Assembly: GCA_038231455.1 (NCBI GenBank)
Contig: JBBRLI010000010.1
Coordinates: 32,001-96,000 of the forward strand
From: Vulcanimicrobiales bacterium
Lineage (GTDB): Bacteria; Vulcanimicrobiota; Vulcanimicrobiia; Vulcanimicrobiales; Vulcanimicrobiaceae
Direction: 5' to 3'
DNA: 64,000 nt
The position numbers and the translations under genes were made by a program. This document shows positions 38,457 to 47,402 of this stretch, in pieces (position 1 is the stretch's first letter; every line of letters begins with the position of its first letter). The notes beneath the pieces are model-generated. The model did not search any database. It was not told the origin of the DNA and saw only the letters and a list, made by a program, of their open reading frames with translations.

Positions 38457-39347
38457 ATGCCGAAAACCGAACACTGGCAGTGGTATGTCGAGGAATTCGC
38501 CCCAACCGAATTCCACCACCACGCTATCGACGAAACCTATTACGCCGGAACGACACCGTTCCAATCGGTCGCGGTCATTCGCACGCCGGTCTTCGGGAAA
38601 ATGCTCGTGCTCGACGGCGACACGCAAAGCTCGCAGCACGATGAGAAAATCTACCACGAGTCGCTCGTGCATCCAGCGCTTGCCGCGTGCGAAACCCGGG
38701 ATGAGGTGCTGATCCTCGGTGGCGGCGAGGGCGCGACATTACGCGAAGTGCTGCGACATCCCGGTGTGAAGCGCTGCACGATGGTCGACATCGACGGCGA
38801 AGTCGTGGAGCTCTCGAAAAAGTATTTGCCCGAGTGGGCCGATGGGGCGTTCGAAGATCCGCGGGCCCGCGTTATCATTGGCGATGCGCTCGCATTCTTA
38901 AAAGAAGATACGGGTTCGTATGCCGCAGTGATCTCCGATCTGACCGAGCCGCTGCCGGACTCCCCGTCGTTCCCGCTCTTCAACGGTGAGATCTTCCGCG
39001 ACATCAAGGCGCGCCTGGTTCCCGGCGGCGTTTACGTGCTGCAAGCTAGCACCGCGGGCTTCCATAATATGGCCTTGCACGCAAAGATGGCCCGTTCGCT
39101 GCGCTCGCACTTCAAGCACGTGCGCAGTTTCTACACCCATGTTCCCGCCTTCGATAACGATTGGGCGTTTATCGTGTGCAGCGATCGCGCGGATGTCGCG
39201 AAGCTGGATCCAGCGACGATCGATGCGTACGTCGCGCAGCTGCGGGGCGAAAACTACTTCTACGATGCCGAGACGCACCGGCGGCTCTTCAGTTTGCCCC
39301 GCTACTTGCGGGCCGAACTGGAAAAATCAGGCGACGTTTTCCGTTAA
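38457..39347 (+). CDS. speE: Polyamine aminopropyltransferase (spermidine synthase)
   Basis: FGKMLVLDG, YHESLVHP, LILGGGEGATLRE, MVDID. Confidence 0.93.
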   Translation: MPKTEHWQWYVEEFAPTEFHHHAIDETYYAGTTPFQSVAVIRTPVFGKMLVLDGDTQSSQHDEKIYHESLVHPALAACETRDEVLILGGGEGATLREVLRHPGVKRCTMVDIDGEVVELSKKYLPEWADGAFEDPRARVIIGDALAFLKEDTGSYAAVISDLTEPLPDSPSFPLFNGEIFRDIKARLVPGGVYVLQASTAGFHNMALHAKMARSLRSHFKHVRSFYTHVPAFDNDWAFIVCSDRADVAKLDPATIDAYVAQLRGENYFYDAETHRRLFSLPRYLRAELEKSGDVFR

Positions 39348-39545
39348 CGTCGCCACGACGAGCAGCGCGAGCTGGGTGCGCTTGCTCAGCGAGAGCTTCC
39401 GGAAAATCGATTCTAGGTGGTGCTCCACCGTCCGCGAGCTTACGACGAGCTCATCTGCGATGCCGCGGTTGCTCAAGCCGCGCGCGACCAGGGCGGCGAC
39501 TTCGCGTTCGCGCTGGGTCAGCAACTCGAGTGGTTTGAGCAACAA
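39327..39545 (-). CDS. Stand-alone LuxR-type HTH protein
   Basis: LTQREREVAALVARGLSNRGIADELVVSSRTVEHH; GGAG SD before TTG 39545. Confidence 0.85.
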   Translation of the reverse strand: MLLKPLELLTQREREVAALVARGLSNRGIADELVVSSRTVEHHLESIFRKLSLSKRTQLALLVVATLTENVA

Positions 39546-39630
39546 GGCGACTCCGGATGCAAAGCAGGTCGGATGGCGAACTCGGCACGATGTGAATCGC
39601 ACACCGTGCTTTCCTTGGACATCGGCATAA

Positions 39631-40062
39631 GTGGCCGAGAAAATAAGCGTTGACCCCGCCGCTCTTTTGGCGGGCTGGTCAAGCGAGCGAGCGCCGTTCG
39701 TCGCGCTCCTGGGCTTAGAGCTGCTGGATATCGGCAAGGGCACGGCGCGCATGCGGATGCCGTATCGACGCGAGATCACCAATGGAACGAGCGCCATCCA
39801 CGGCGGCGCGATCGTTGCCCTGTGCGATTCGGCGTTTTATCTTGCACTCGCTTCGATCTACGGGCACGAGCAAGAGACGACAACTGCTGCGCTCTCGTGC
39901 AATTTTCTCGCACCCGCGATTCCGCCGCACGACCTCATCGCCGAGGCGGAGGTTCTCAAAGCCGGTCGGCGCATCGTTTACGGTGAGGTGCGCGTGACCG
40001 GTGGGGATCGTTTGGTCGCGCACGCGACGCTCAATTTTCTCAATACGCCGCCCAAGAAATAG
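39631..40062 (+). CDS. PaaI family thioesterase (hotdog fold)
   Basis: NGTSAIHGGAIVALCD, NFLAPA, GRRIVY. Confidence 0.9.
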   Translation: MAEKISVDPAALLAGWSSERAPFVALLGLELLDIGKGTARMRMPYRREITNGTSAIHGGAIVALCDSAFYLALASIYGHEQETTTAALSCNFLAPAIPPHDLIAEAEVLKAGRRIVYGEVRVTGGDRLVAHATLNFLNTPPKK

Positions 40063-40068
40063 GTCATC

Positions 40069-41172
40069 ATGGTTAGCGAACCAATTCTCCGTCGTACCGC
40101 GCTCTTCGACGCGCACCGCGCCCTCGGCGCGAAGATCGTGCCATTCGGCGGCTTCGAAATGCCCGTGCAATATGCCGGCATCCTCGCCGAACACGACGCC
40201 GTGCGCAATCGCGCGGGGCTCTTCGATCTCTCGCACATGGCGCAGTTCGAACTCCGTGGTGAAAACGTCGCTGCGTGGGCAGATTCGCTCACGGTCAACA
40301 ACGTCGCGACGATGAAGCCGCTGCAAGCGCGCTACAATATTTTCCCAAACGAACATGGTGGCGCGCACGACGACGTGATCTTCTATCGTTTGCCCGATCG
40401 CTGGTTGCTCGTCGTGAACGCCGGAAATGCCGACAAAATGTGGGCGCACATCAACGCCCATCGATCGGGCGACGTGAAGCTGACCAACTTTCACGGTGTC
40501 CGCGCGCTTATCGCGATTCAAGGCCCGCGCTCGGTTGAAATTTTGCAAGAATTTGTCGACATCGAGCTCGCGCCGATGAAATACTACACGTGTGCCGAGG
40601 CGACGATTGGCGGCGTGCGCGGCGTGATCGCGCGAACGGGTTATACGGGGGAAGACGGCTTCGAACTCTTCGTCGAGGGCGATGCCGCGACGGCACTTTG
40701 GGATGCAATCTTAGCTGCTGGTCGCGCGCACGGACTCGAACCCGCGGGCCTTGGGGCGCGCGACGTGCTGCGCCTGGAGGCGGGCATGCCGTTATACGGC
40801 CACGAGATGACCGAAGAAATCGGTCCGATTCAAGCGGGACTCGGCTGGGCAGTAAAACTCACAAAGCCCGCCTTTCGCGGCAAAGCCGCACTCGAGGCAC
40901 AATCGGCCGACGCGACGCTTCCGAAGATTGTTGGCATCGTGCTCGACGGCAAAATCCCGGCGCGTGCGGGATATCGCGTGGTTCACGATGGCATCGATGT
41001 CGGTGAGATTCGCAGCGGGTCGCTCGGTCCGTCGGTTGGAAAAAATATTGCGACGGGTCTGCTCGCACCGGGTGCTGCAACCATCGGCTCAAAAGTGAGC
41101 GTCGAGATTCGCGGGACACCTCACGACGCAACCGTCGTCGAACTACCGTTCTACAAACGCCCCAAAGTTTAA
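40069..41172 (+). CDS. gcvT: Glycine cleavage aminomethyltransferase
   Basis: FGGFEMPVQY, GLFDLSHM, RTGYTGEDGFE, GLGARDVLRLEAG. Confidence 0.97.
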   Translation: MVSEPILRRTALFDAHRALGAKIVPFGGFEMPVQYAGILAEHDAVRNRAGLFDLSHMAQFELRGENVAAWADSLTVNNVATMKPLQARYNIFPNEHGGAHDDVIFYRLPDRWLLVVNAGNADKMWAHINAHRSGDVKLTNFHGVRALIAIQGPRSVEILQEFVDIELAPMKYYTCAEATIGGVRGVIARTGYTGEDGFELFVEGDAATALWDAILAAGRAHGLEPAGLGARDVLRLEAGMPLYGHEMTEEIGPIQAGLGWAVKLTKPAFRGKAALEAQSADATLPKIVGIVLDGKIPARAGYRVVHDGIDVGEIRSGSLGPSVGKNIATGLLAPGAATIGSKVSVEIRGTPHDATVVELPFYKRPKV

Positions 41173-41184
41173 GGAGAGCACCAC

Positions 41185-41568
41185 GTGGCGCAGCCGGCCG
41201 GACTTCTGTACAGTAAAGAACACGAGTGGGTGAAGATGGACGGCGATGTCGCCACCGTCGGTATCACCGAATACGCGCAAAATTCGCTCGGCGATATCGT
41301 CTACGTGGAACTGCCGCGCATCGGCGCGGAACTCCAGCAATTCGGCAACATCGGCGTAATCGAATCCGTGAAAGCGGTCTCGGACATCTACACGCCCGTC
41401 GGCGGTGAAGTGGTCGAAGTCAACGCCGAACTCGAGGCCGATCCCGCGCTGGTCAACCGCGAACCATTCGGCACGGGCTGGCTCTTCAAAGTGAAGCTCG
41501 CCGATGTCACGCAGAATCAAAATCTGCTCTCACCCGAAAAATACGACGAACTCGTCGCCTCCGCTTAA
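41185..41568 (+). CDS. gcvH: Glycine cleavage H protein
   Basis: HEW, GITEYAQ..LGDIVYVELP, ESVKA (lipoyl Lys). Confidence 0.97.
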   Translation: MAQPAGLLYSKEHEWVKMDGDVATVGITEYAQNSLGDIVYVELPRIGAELQQFGNIGVIESVKAVSDIYTPVGGEVVEVNAELEADPALVNREPFGTGWLFKVKLADVTQNQNLLSPEKYDELVASA

Positions 41569-41903
41569 GGCTGGTCGGCGGGGTGGTTCACCCGCATCGT
41601 CGAGCCGAATAAATAGCCGCCGCGCGCGTGCGAAAACTGGATGATCTCCGGGTCGCCGATGCGCGTGCGCAGACGGTGGATCGAAACTTTGAGCGCGTTG
41701 ACGGCAACGCGCTCTTCGATTCCCGGGAGGACCATCGCGCCTAAATCGGCGGGCGCGATCGGCGCACCGTGGATCGCAAGCGATGCGATGATAGCAAAGT
41801 CGCGCTCGCTGATGGGTACGGGCCGGCCTTCCCGCGTTAGCTGGCCGACCGCAAGATCTAAATCGTAAACAACCCGCCGGCCCAGGCGATAGACTCCATC
41901 CAT
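41565..41903 (-). CDS. Stand-alone OmpR/PhoB-type winged-helix protein
   Basis: ISERDFAII, NALKVSIHRLRTRIG, RGGYLF; TATACT 9 nt before the ATG. Confidence 0.7.
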   Translation of the reverse strand: MDGVYRLGRRVVYDLDLAVGQLTREGRPVPISERDFAIIASLAIHGAPIAPADLGAMVLPGIEERVAVNALKVSIHRLRTRIGDPEIIQFSHARGGYLFGSTMRVNHPADQP

Positions 41904-42009
41904 GGCCGATGGAGTATAGCCCAGGCGGCCGCTTGCGTGAATAGGGATTTCCACCCATTGTTCGGGAACCTGAAACGGTTCCGCCCCAGCCGTCAGTCTA
42001 ACGAGGGTC

Positions 42010-43374
42010 ATGTACACACCGCACACGCAGCGCGACATCGAGGCGATGCTCCGCCTCATTGGCGCATCGTCGCTCGACGAGCTCGTCAAAGTCCCCGATG
42101 CCGTCGCCATCAAGGTTCCGCTCGAAGTCGCTCCGGCGCTTCCGGAGTCCGAACTCACCCAGCGTTTTGCGAGCTTCGCAGCGCGCGTCGGCGCGACGGA
42201 CTATATCTCGTTTCTTGGCGCGGGGGCGTACCGGCATTACGTGCCCCCGGTGATCGCGACGCTTGCGATGCGCGGCGAATTCCTCACCGCCTATACGCCA
42301 TACCAGGCGGAAGTCTCACAAGGCTATCTGCAGGCGATCTACGAGTGGCAGAGTTATATCGCGCTTCTCACCGGCATGGATGTCGCGAACGCCTCGGTGT
42401 ACGACGGAGCGACGGCGCTTGCCGAAGGCACGATCATGGCGGTGAATGCAACGGGTCGCAAAGCCGTCCTCGTCTCACGCGCCGTGCATCCCAACTATCG
42501 TGCCGTCCTTCAGACGTACGCCGATGGGCTCGATCTCGATGTCGACGAGCTGCCGTACGCCGCTGAGGGCACGACCGATCTTTCGTCGATCGAAGCCGCG
42601 CTTGCCGATCAGCGTTACGCCGCTGTCGTTCTTCAAACACCAAACATGTTCGGCGCGCTCGATGCACTGCCGAGCGGCATGGCCGAGAAGATCAAGGCAA
42701 CCGGAACGCTCGTCATCGGCGTGATTGCCGAAGCGCTTTCACTTGCCGCACTCGCAACGCCCGCATCATGGGGCGTCGATATTGCCGTTGGTGAAGGGCA
42801 GAGCTTCGGCGTGTCGCTGGCGTACGGAGGGCCGTATGTCGGCTTCATCGCCTGCACGACCGAACATTTGCGCCGCATCCCCGGACGCCTGGTTGGCAAG
42901 TCGCTCGACAAAGATGGCAACGAGGCGTACGTTCTCACGTTGCAAGCGCGCGAACAGCATATCCGCCGCGAAAAAGCGACCTCGAACATCTGCACCAATC
43001 AAGCCCACTGCGCGCTCGTCGCGACGATCTATCTTGCAGCGATGGGCAAGACCGGGTTGCGCAACTGCGCCTCGGCAAACCTCAAACGCTCGCGCGAACT
43101 CGAAAAAGCGGTCACCGCAATCGACGGGTTCACGAAGCGTTTCTCCGCTCCGTTTTTCAACGAATTCGCCGTTCGCGTGCCGGGCGGCAGTGCCGGTAGC
43201 GTCCTCAAGGCCCTGCAGAAACAGGGTATTCTGGGGGGCGTCGACCTCGGCCGCTGGTATCCCGAACTCGAAGACACGATCCTGATGACGGCGACGGAAG
43301 TCACCACGGATGCGGACATCAAGCAGCTCGTCGCTGCACTCCAGGAGGTTCGCAGTCTTGCCGGCGTTCGCTGA
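42010..43374 (+). CDS. gcvPA: Glycine dehydrogenase subunit 1
   Basis: FLGAGAY.HY, TAYTPYQAEVSQG, NASVYDG, REQHIRREKATSNICTNQ. Confidence 0.97.
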   Translation: MYTPHTQRDIEAMLRLIGASSLDELVKVPDAVAIKVPLEVAPALPESELTQRFASFAARVGATDYISFLGAGAYRHYVPPVIATLAMRGEFLTAYTPYQAEVSQGYLQAIYEWQSYIALLTGMDVANASVYDGATALAEGTIMAVNATGRKAVLVSRAVHPNYRAVLQTYADGLDLDVDELPYAAEGTTDLSSIEAALADQRYAAVVLQTPNMFGALDALPSGMAEKIKATGTLVIGVIAEALSLAALATPASWGVDIAVGEGQSFGVSLAYGGPYVGFIACTTEHLRRIPGRLVGKSLDKDGNEAYVLTLQAREQHIRREKATSNICTNQAHCALVATIYLAAMGKTGLRNCASANLKRSRELEKAVTAIDGFTKRFSAPFFNEFAVRVPGGSAGSVLKALQKQGILGGVDLGRWYPELEDTILMTATEVTTDADIKQLVAALQEVRSLAGVR

Positions 43375-44857
43375 AACCCCACTGATCTTCGACATCGGCC
43401 AAGACGGTCGGGCGAACAACTATTTTGCCGAAGGCGCGCCGCTCTCGGATTTTCTCCCCAAAGAGGCGCTCCGCGACGAACTACCGCTGCCGGATAATAG
43501 CGAACTCGACGTCGTGCGTCACTTCACGCGCCTTTCGCAAAAAACGTTCAGCATCGATACGAATTTCTATCCGCTGGGCTCGTGCACGATGAAGTACAAC
43601 CCGCGCGTCAACGACGCGATGGCGAATCTTCCGGCGCTGCGTGATTTGCATCCGCTCGTCCCCGACGAACTCGCGCAAGGAGCGCTCGCCGTCATGTGGG
43701 AGCTGGAGAAGAGCCTGGTCTCGCTCTTCGGCATGGCCGCATTCTCGCTCAACCCCGCCGCCGGCGCGCACGCCGAACTCACGGCGCTCCTCATCGCAAA
43801 GAAGTACTTTAAAAAGTACGGTCAGGCGTTGACGCGCACGACGGTGATCGTCCCGGACACCGCACACGGCACGAACCCCGCTTCCGCAGCGATGGTCGGC
43901 TTCAAAGTCGTTTCGCTCAAGTCCGATGCGCGCGGACGCGTCTCGGTCGAGGAAATCAAAAAAGCGATCGGCCCCGATACTGCCGTCGTCATGATGACGA
44001 ACCCGAACACCCTGGGCCTCTACGAAGATCAGATCAAAGAAATCACCGACGCGGTGCACGACGTCGGCGGCCTGATGTACTACGACGGAGCAAACGCAAA
44101 CGCGCTCATGGGCAACTCGCGCCCAGGCGACATGGGCTTCGACCTCATGCATCTCAATCTGCACAAAACGTTCTCGATTCCGCACGGCGGCGGCGGCGCG
44201 GGCGCAGGCCCCGTCGGCGTCGCGCGTCACCTCGTGCCGTTCTTACCGACCCCCGTCGTGCGCGCAACGAACATCGTAAGCGAACACGAAGGCTGGCGCC
44301 CAAGCGACGAGATGACCTTCGCACTCGACTTCAACCGCGAAGACTCCATCGGAACGATGCGCTCGTTCTGGTCCAATTTCGCGCACATGGTCCGGGCACT
44401 CTCATACACCTATGCAAACGGCGCCGAAGGCCTAACGATGGTGAGCAAACTCGCCATCCTTAACGCCAACTATATCCGCGCCTCAGTCAAAGACCTCATC
44501 GAAATCCCCTACGACGAATACAACCGCCACGAATTCGTAGCTAGCGCCCAAGCCTTAAAACGCGAAACGGGCGTACGCGCCCTCGACATCGGCAAAGCAC
44601 TCCTCGATCGCGGCTACCACGCCCCAACGGTGTACTTCCCGCTCCTCGTCCCCGAGTGCCTCATGATCGAACCAACGGAAACAGAATCAAAAGAAACACT
44701 CGATGGCTTCATCGCCGCCTTCCGAGAAATCCTAACAGCAGCCCGAGAAAACCCACAATCAATCATGGACGCGCCAATAAACACCGCAGTAAAACGAATC
44801 GACGAAACCCGAGCCGCCCGCCAACCCGACCTCCGGTGGCGACCAGCCCCAAAGTAG
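43358..44857 (+). CDS. gcvPB: Glycine dehydrogenase subunit 2
   Basis: SD AGGAGG + TTG; YPLGSCTMKYNP, HGTNPASA, HLNLHKTFS.PHGGGG, MIEPTETES. Confidence 0.97.
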   Translation: MPAFAETPLIFDIGQDGRANNYFAEGAPLSDFLPKEALRDELPLPDNSELDVVRHFTRLSQKTFSIDTNFYPLGSCTMKYNPRVNDAMANLPALRDLHPLVPDELAQGALAVMWELEKSLVSLFGMAAFSLNPAAGAHAELTALLIAKKYFKKYGQALTRTTVIVPDTAHGTNPASAAMVGFKVVSLKSDARGRVSVEEIKKAIGPDTAVVMMTNPNTLGLYEDQIKEITDAVHDVGGLMYYDGANANALMGNSRPGDMGFDLMHLNLHKTFSIPHGGGGAGAGPVGVARHLVPFLPTPVVRATNIVSEHEGWRPSDEMTFALDFNREDSIGTMRSFWSNFAHMVRALSYTYANGAEGLTMVSKLAILNANYIRASVKDLIEIPYDEYNRHEFVASAQALKRETGVRALDIGKALLDRGYHAPTVYFPLLVPECLMIEPTETESKETLDGFIAAFREILTAARENPQSIMDAPINTAVKRIDETRAARQPDLRWRPAPK

Positions 44858-44880
44858 TGGGCAAAAAACAAAACCGCATG

Positions 44881-44915
44881 AAAAAACGGAGTCGGGATCA
44901 CCGACTCCGTTTTTT
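44881..44915. terminator. Bidirectional intrinsic terminator
   Basis: AAAAAACGGAGTCGG-gatca-CCGACTCCGTTTTTT. Confidence 0.9.
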
Positions 44916-45080
44916 ATTTGCGAAACGAGTTCGCTTCAAAAACCGCTTTCAAGTCCGGCGGCAAGTCATCGATCTCCTGAACCTGCCGAACCTTATAAAT
45001 CCGTGTTCATCCCAAATCTCACCCGACATGAAAGCGTCGATCGAACAACACCAATTTCGACAACCCAACACCAATAGTTC
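44914..45080 (-). pseudogene. Remnant small gene with two in-frame TGA stops
   Basis: Reads ..LSKLVLFDRRFHVG*DLG*TRIYKVRQVQEIDDLPPDLKAVFEANSFRK*; the final stop lies at the terminator edge. 5' end undefined. Confidence 0.4.
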
Positions 45081-45140
45081 GCCACCACCCCCCCTCTCTA
45101 CAAAACCCCACCGAACCCAACGCCACCGTTGCGACCGAAA

Positions 45141-45331
45141 GTCGTGCCGGAGGGGCTGGTGGGGTGCGTTGCCGGTGGGGTCTATGAGCTTTTCGCGGAG
45201 CGTGTTGGCCCAGCGTAGGCTGGGACAACACATCAGGATGGCGGGAGCGAAAAGTCATGAAGCAGGGCTTTTCCAAGGACGGGAAAGCCCGGCGTCCCCA
45301 CCGGCAACCCGCCCCGCCAGCCACTCACGAC
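45141..45331 (+). repeat. Multi-stem inverted-repeat element (MITE-like or structured ncRNA)
   Basis: Perfect 13-bp arms 45168-80/45296-308, extended by 45154-64/45312-22 and 45141-46/45326-31; three internal stems. Confidence 0.7.
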
Positions 45332-45356
45332 ACAATCCCCGAACAAAACGAAGTGA

Positions 45357-45370
45357 CGAACAAACGTTCG
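45357..45370. promoter_or_regulatory. LexA-type SOS box
   Basis: CGAAC-AAAC-GTTCG matches the Gram-positive CGAAC-N4-GTTCG consensus. Confidence 0.7.
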
Positions 45371-45397
45371 ATGGGGTAGTTTCTTCTTGGCCCCCAT

Positions 45398-45406
45398 TGC
45401 TATAAT
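45398..45406 (+). promoter_or_regulatory. Extended -10 promoter
   Basis: TGCTATAAT upstream of the Nudix-scpAB run. Confidence 0.65.
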
Positions 45407-45449
45407 AAAAGGTACCCCCGAACCACGGGGAGCGCTCGGGAAAGCAACG

Positions 45450-45941
45450 ATGCGGATCAAATATGAGGTGTCTGCCGGAGGGCTAGTCCTCCGTCGGAAT
45501 GGAGCTCAGCTCGAGGCCCTGCTCATCGGCAGAGGCCAGCCTCGCGTATGGTCCTTGCCCAAAGGGCACGTCGAACATCGCGAGACCCACGAGCAAGCCG
45601 CCTTGCGCGAAGTCCGCGAAGAAACCGGCTGCTGGGCCGAGATCCTCATGAAGCTCTCGGATATCTCGTACTGGTTCTACCTGAACCGCAGCAAGCACAA
45701 AAAGTCGGTCCACTTCTATTTGATGCGCTATCTCTCAGGCGATACGGCCAACCACGACCACGAAGTCGATGAAGCCGCCTGGTTCGAGATCCGCGCGGCG
45801 AAGAAAAACCTCAAGTACGTCAACGAAAAGCGCCTGATCGACCTTGGCCTGGAGTATCTCCAAGCCGAAGGCACCGGTCTCTTCGAGACCGAGACCGTTG
45901 CGCTCGTTACTGAGGCTCTCCAGGACATCAGCGCAGGTTGA
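45450..45941 (+). CDS. Nudix hydrolase
   Basis: LPKGHVEHRETHEQAALREVREETG Nudix box. Confidence 0.93.
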   Translation: MRIKYEVSAGGLVLRRNGAQLEALLIGRGQPRVWSLPKGHVEHRETHEQAALREVREETGCWAEILMKLSDISYWFYLNRSKHKKSVHFYLMRYLSGDTANHDHEVDEAAWFEIRAAKKNLKYVNEKRLIDLGLEYLQAEGTGLFETETVALVTEALQDISAG

Positions 45942-46702
45942 ACCCGGGCGCCCCCGTCGAGGACGAGCGCGCCTGTCGTGTTTCGCTCGCCAATCTTTTT
46001 GATGGCCCACTCGATCTGCTCCTGAGTCTGGTTAAGGAACGCCAACTCGACATCGCGACGGTGCCGCTGGCGCTGGTCTGCGACCAATATTTTGCCTTCA
46101 TCGAGGCGATGGAGTCGATCGACGTCGAGCTTGCCGCCGAATATCTCGTGATCGCGGCCACCTTGGTGTTCCTCAAGTCAAAGGCGATGCTGCCGGCGAT
46201 TCCGGCCGAGTTCGAGGATGCCGAAGAGTCCGCCGAGGTGGTCGAGCAACGTCTGCGCGAGCGCCTAGTTGCCTACTCCATCTACAAGGCCGCGGGCGAT
46301 GAGCTCAAAAGCCGGGCCGATGAAGCCAAGGCCTTCTACCTGCGCGACGCCGGCGACCCGACAACAGACATCACCCAACGCTACCGCATCAATGCAGCGA
46401 AGCTCTCCGCGGCCCTGGCGGCTGCGTTGCGAGCGGCGAAGCCCGAGAAGCGCACCATCGTTCGCGAGCGCGTCTCGCTCATCGAGCAGATGGAGCTGGT
46501 CGCCCGCACGGTCCGTACCCAGGGCCGGGCGTCATTTTTCGAACTGTGCTTGGGCCTGGATCGCGGCGGGATCATCGTGACGTTCCTTGCTGTTTTGGAA
46601 CTGGTTCGGCGGCGCCGGCTGGTTTTCGCACAGAGTAACGCCTTCGCCGACATCGAACTCTTGCCGCTCGTGGAAGATCCGATACCCGCCAATGCAAACT
46701 GA
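45938..46702 (+). CDS. scpA: Segregation and condensation protein A
   Basis: FDGPLDLLL.L, AAEYLVIAATL..LKS..LP, IVTFLAVLEL. Confidence 0.95.
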   Translation: MNPGAPVEDERACRVSLANLFDGPLDLLLSLVKERQLDIATVPLALVCDQYFAFIEAMESIDVELAAEYLVIAATLVFLKSKAMLPAIPAEFEDAEESAEVVEQRLRERLVAYSIYKAAGDELKSRADEAKAFYLRDAGDPTTDITQRYRINAAKLSAALAAALRAAKPEKRTIVRERVSLIEQMELVARTVRTQGRASFFELCLGLDRGGIIVTFLAVLELVRRRRLVFAQSNAFADIELLPLVEDPIPANAN

Positions 46703-47402
46703 CGAGCTCGCTCCGCCGGCCGAGGCCGCCGCCGAGCACGAGCCCATGCAAACCGAACTGATCGAGACCGGGACGCTGCAGCGCAGCATCGAGGCGGTCC
46801 TTTTCGTCGCCTCCGAGGCGCTCTCGATCAAAACGCTCTCCAAACTCACCGGCGCGGAAGAAACCGAAGTCGCGCGGGCACTTCAGCAGATCGCTGAGGA
46901 CTTCGGCGATCGCGGCATCGTGCTGCGCGAGATCGCCGGCGGCTACCGCTTCGCGAGTTCCTCGGCCGCGCGCGAAGTCGTCGAAGCCTATCTCTTGCCG
47001 CCGAAGACCAATCTTTCGCCCGCGGCGCTCGAGACGCTCGCAATCGTTGCGTACATGCAACCCGTAACGAAGAGCGAAGTCGAAGGCGTACGCGGTGTCA
47101 GTGCGGATTCGGTGATCTCGACGCTCGTCGACCGGCGGTTTCTCGTTGAAGGCGGCCGCAAAGAAGTTGCGGGTCGTCCGATCCTCTACAAGACGACGGC
47201 CGAATTCTTGGAAGCCTTTGGCTTACGCAGTTTAGAAGAGTTGCCGCCAATCGACATCGATGCGGGTCTGCCGATCGAAATGGCGCTCCCGATTCCGACC
47301 GAAACGGTCGCGACCGCCATCGACGAAATCGTCGCCGATGAGATTGCAGAAGAAGCAAAATCAACCGAAGAGAGCGAGACAACGGAATCAACACCCACGT
47401 GA
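46692..47402 (+). CDS. scpB: Segregation and condensation protein B
   Basis: IEAVLF, LSPAALETLAIVAY.QPVT, GRPILYKTT..FL..FGL.SL.ELP. Confidence 0.96.
   Translation: MQTDELAPPAEAAAEHEPMQTELIETGTLQRSIEAVLFVASEALSIKTLSKLTGAEETEVARALQQIAEDFGDRGIVLREIAGGYRFASSSAAREVVEAYLLPPKTNLSPAALETLAIVAYMQPVTKSEVEGVRGVSADSVISTLVDRRFLVEGGRKEVAGRPILYKTTAEFLEAFGLRSLEELPPIDIDAGLPIEMALPIPTETVATAIDEIVADEIAEEAKSTEESETTESTPT

Noticed and set aside
39546-40068. Glycine riboswitch upstream of gcvT
   Set aside because: No GGAGA/CCGAAG/CTCAGG aptamer motifs; gcvT directly follows the PaaI gene.
44400-45331. Diversity-generating retroelement as the cause of the skew
   Set aside because: No RT or TR/VR pair in the window; DGRs mutate adenines to random bases rather than giving synonymous A/C enrichment.
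44656-45405. 249-aa + strand ORF across the gcvPB end and the element
   Set aside because: Low-complexity product of the T-poor composition; it crosses a terminator.
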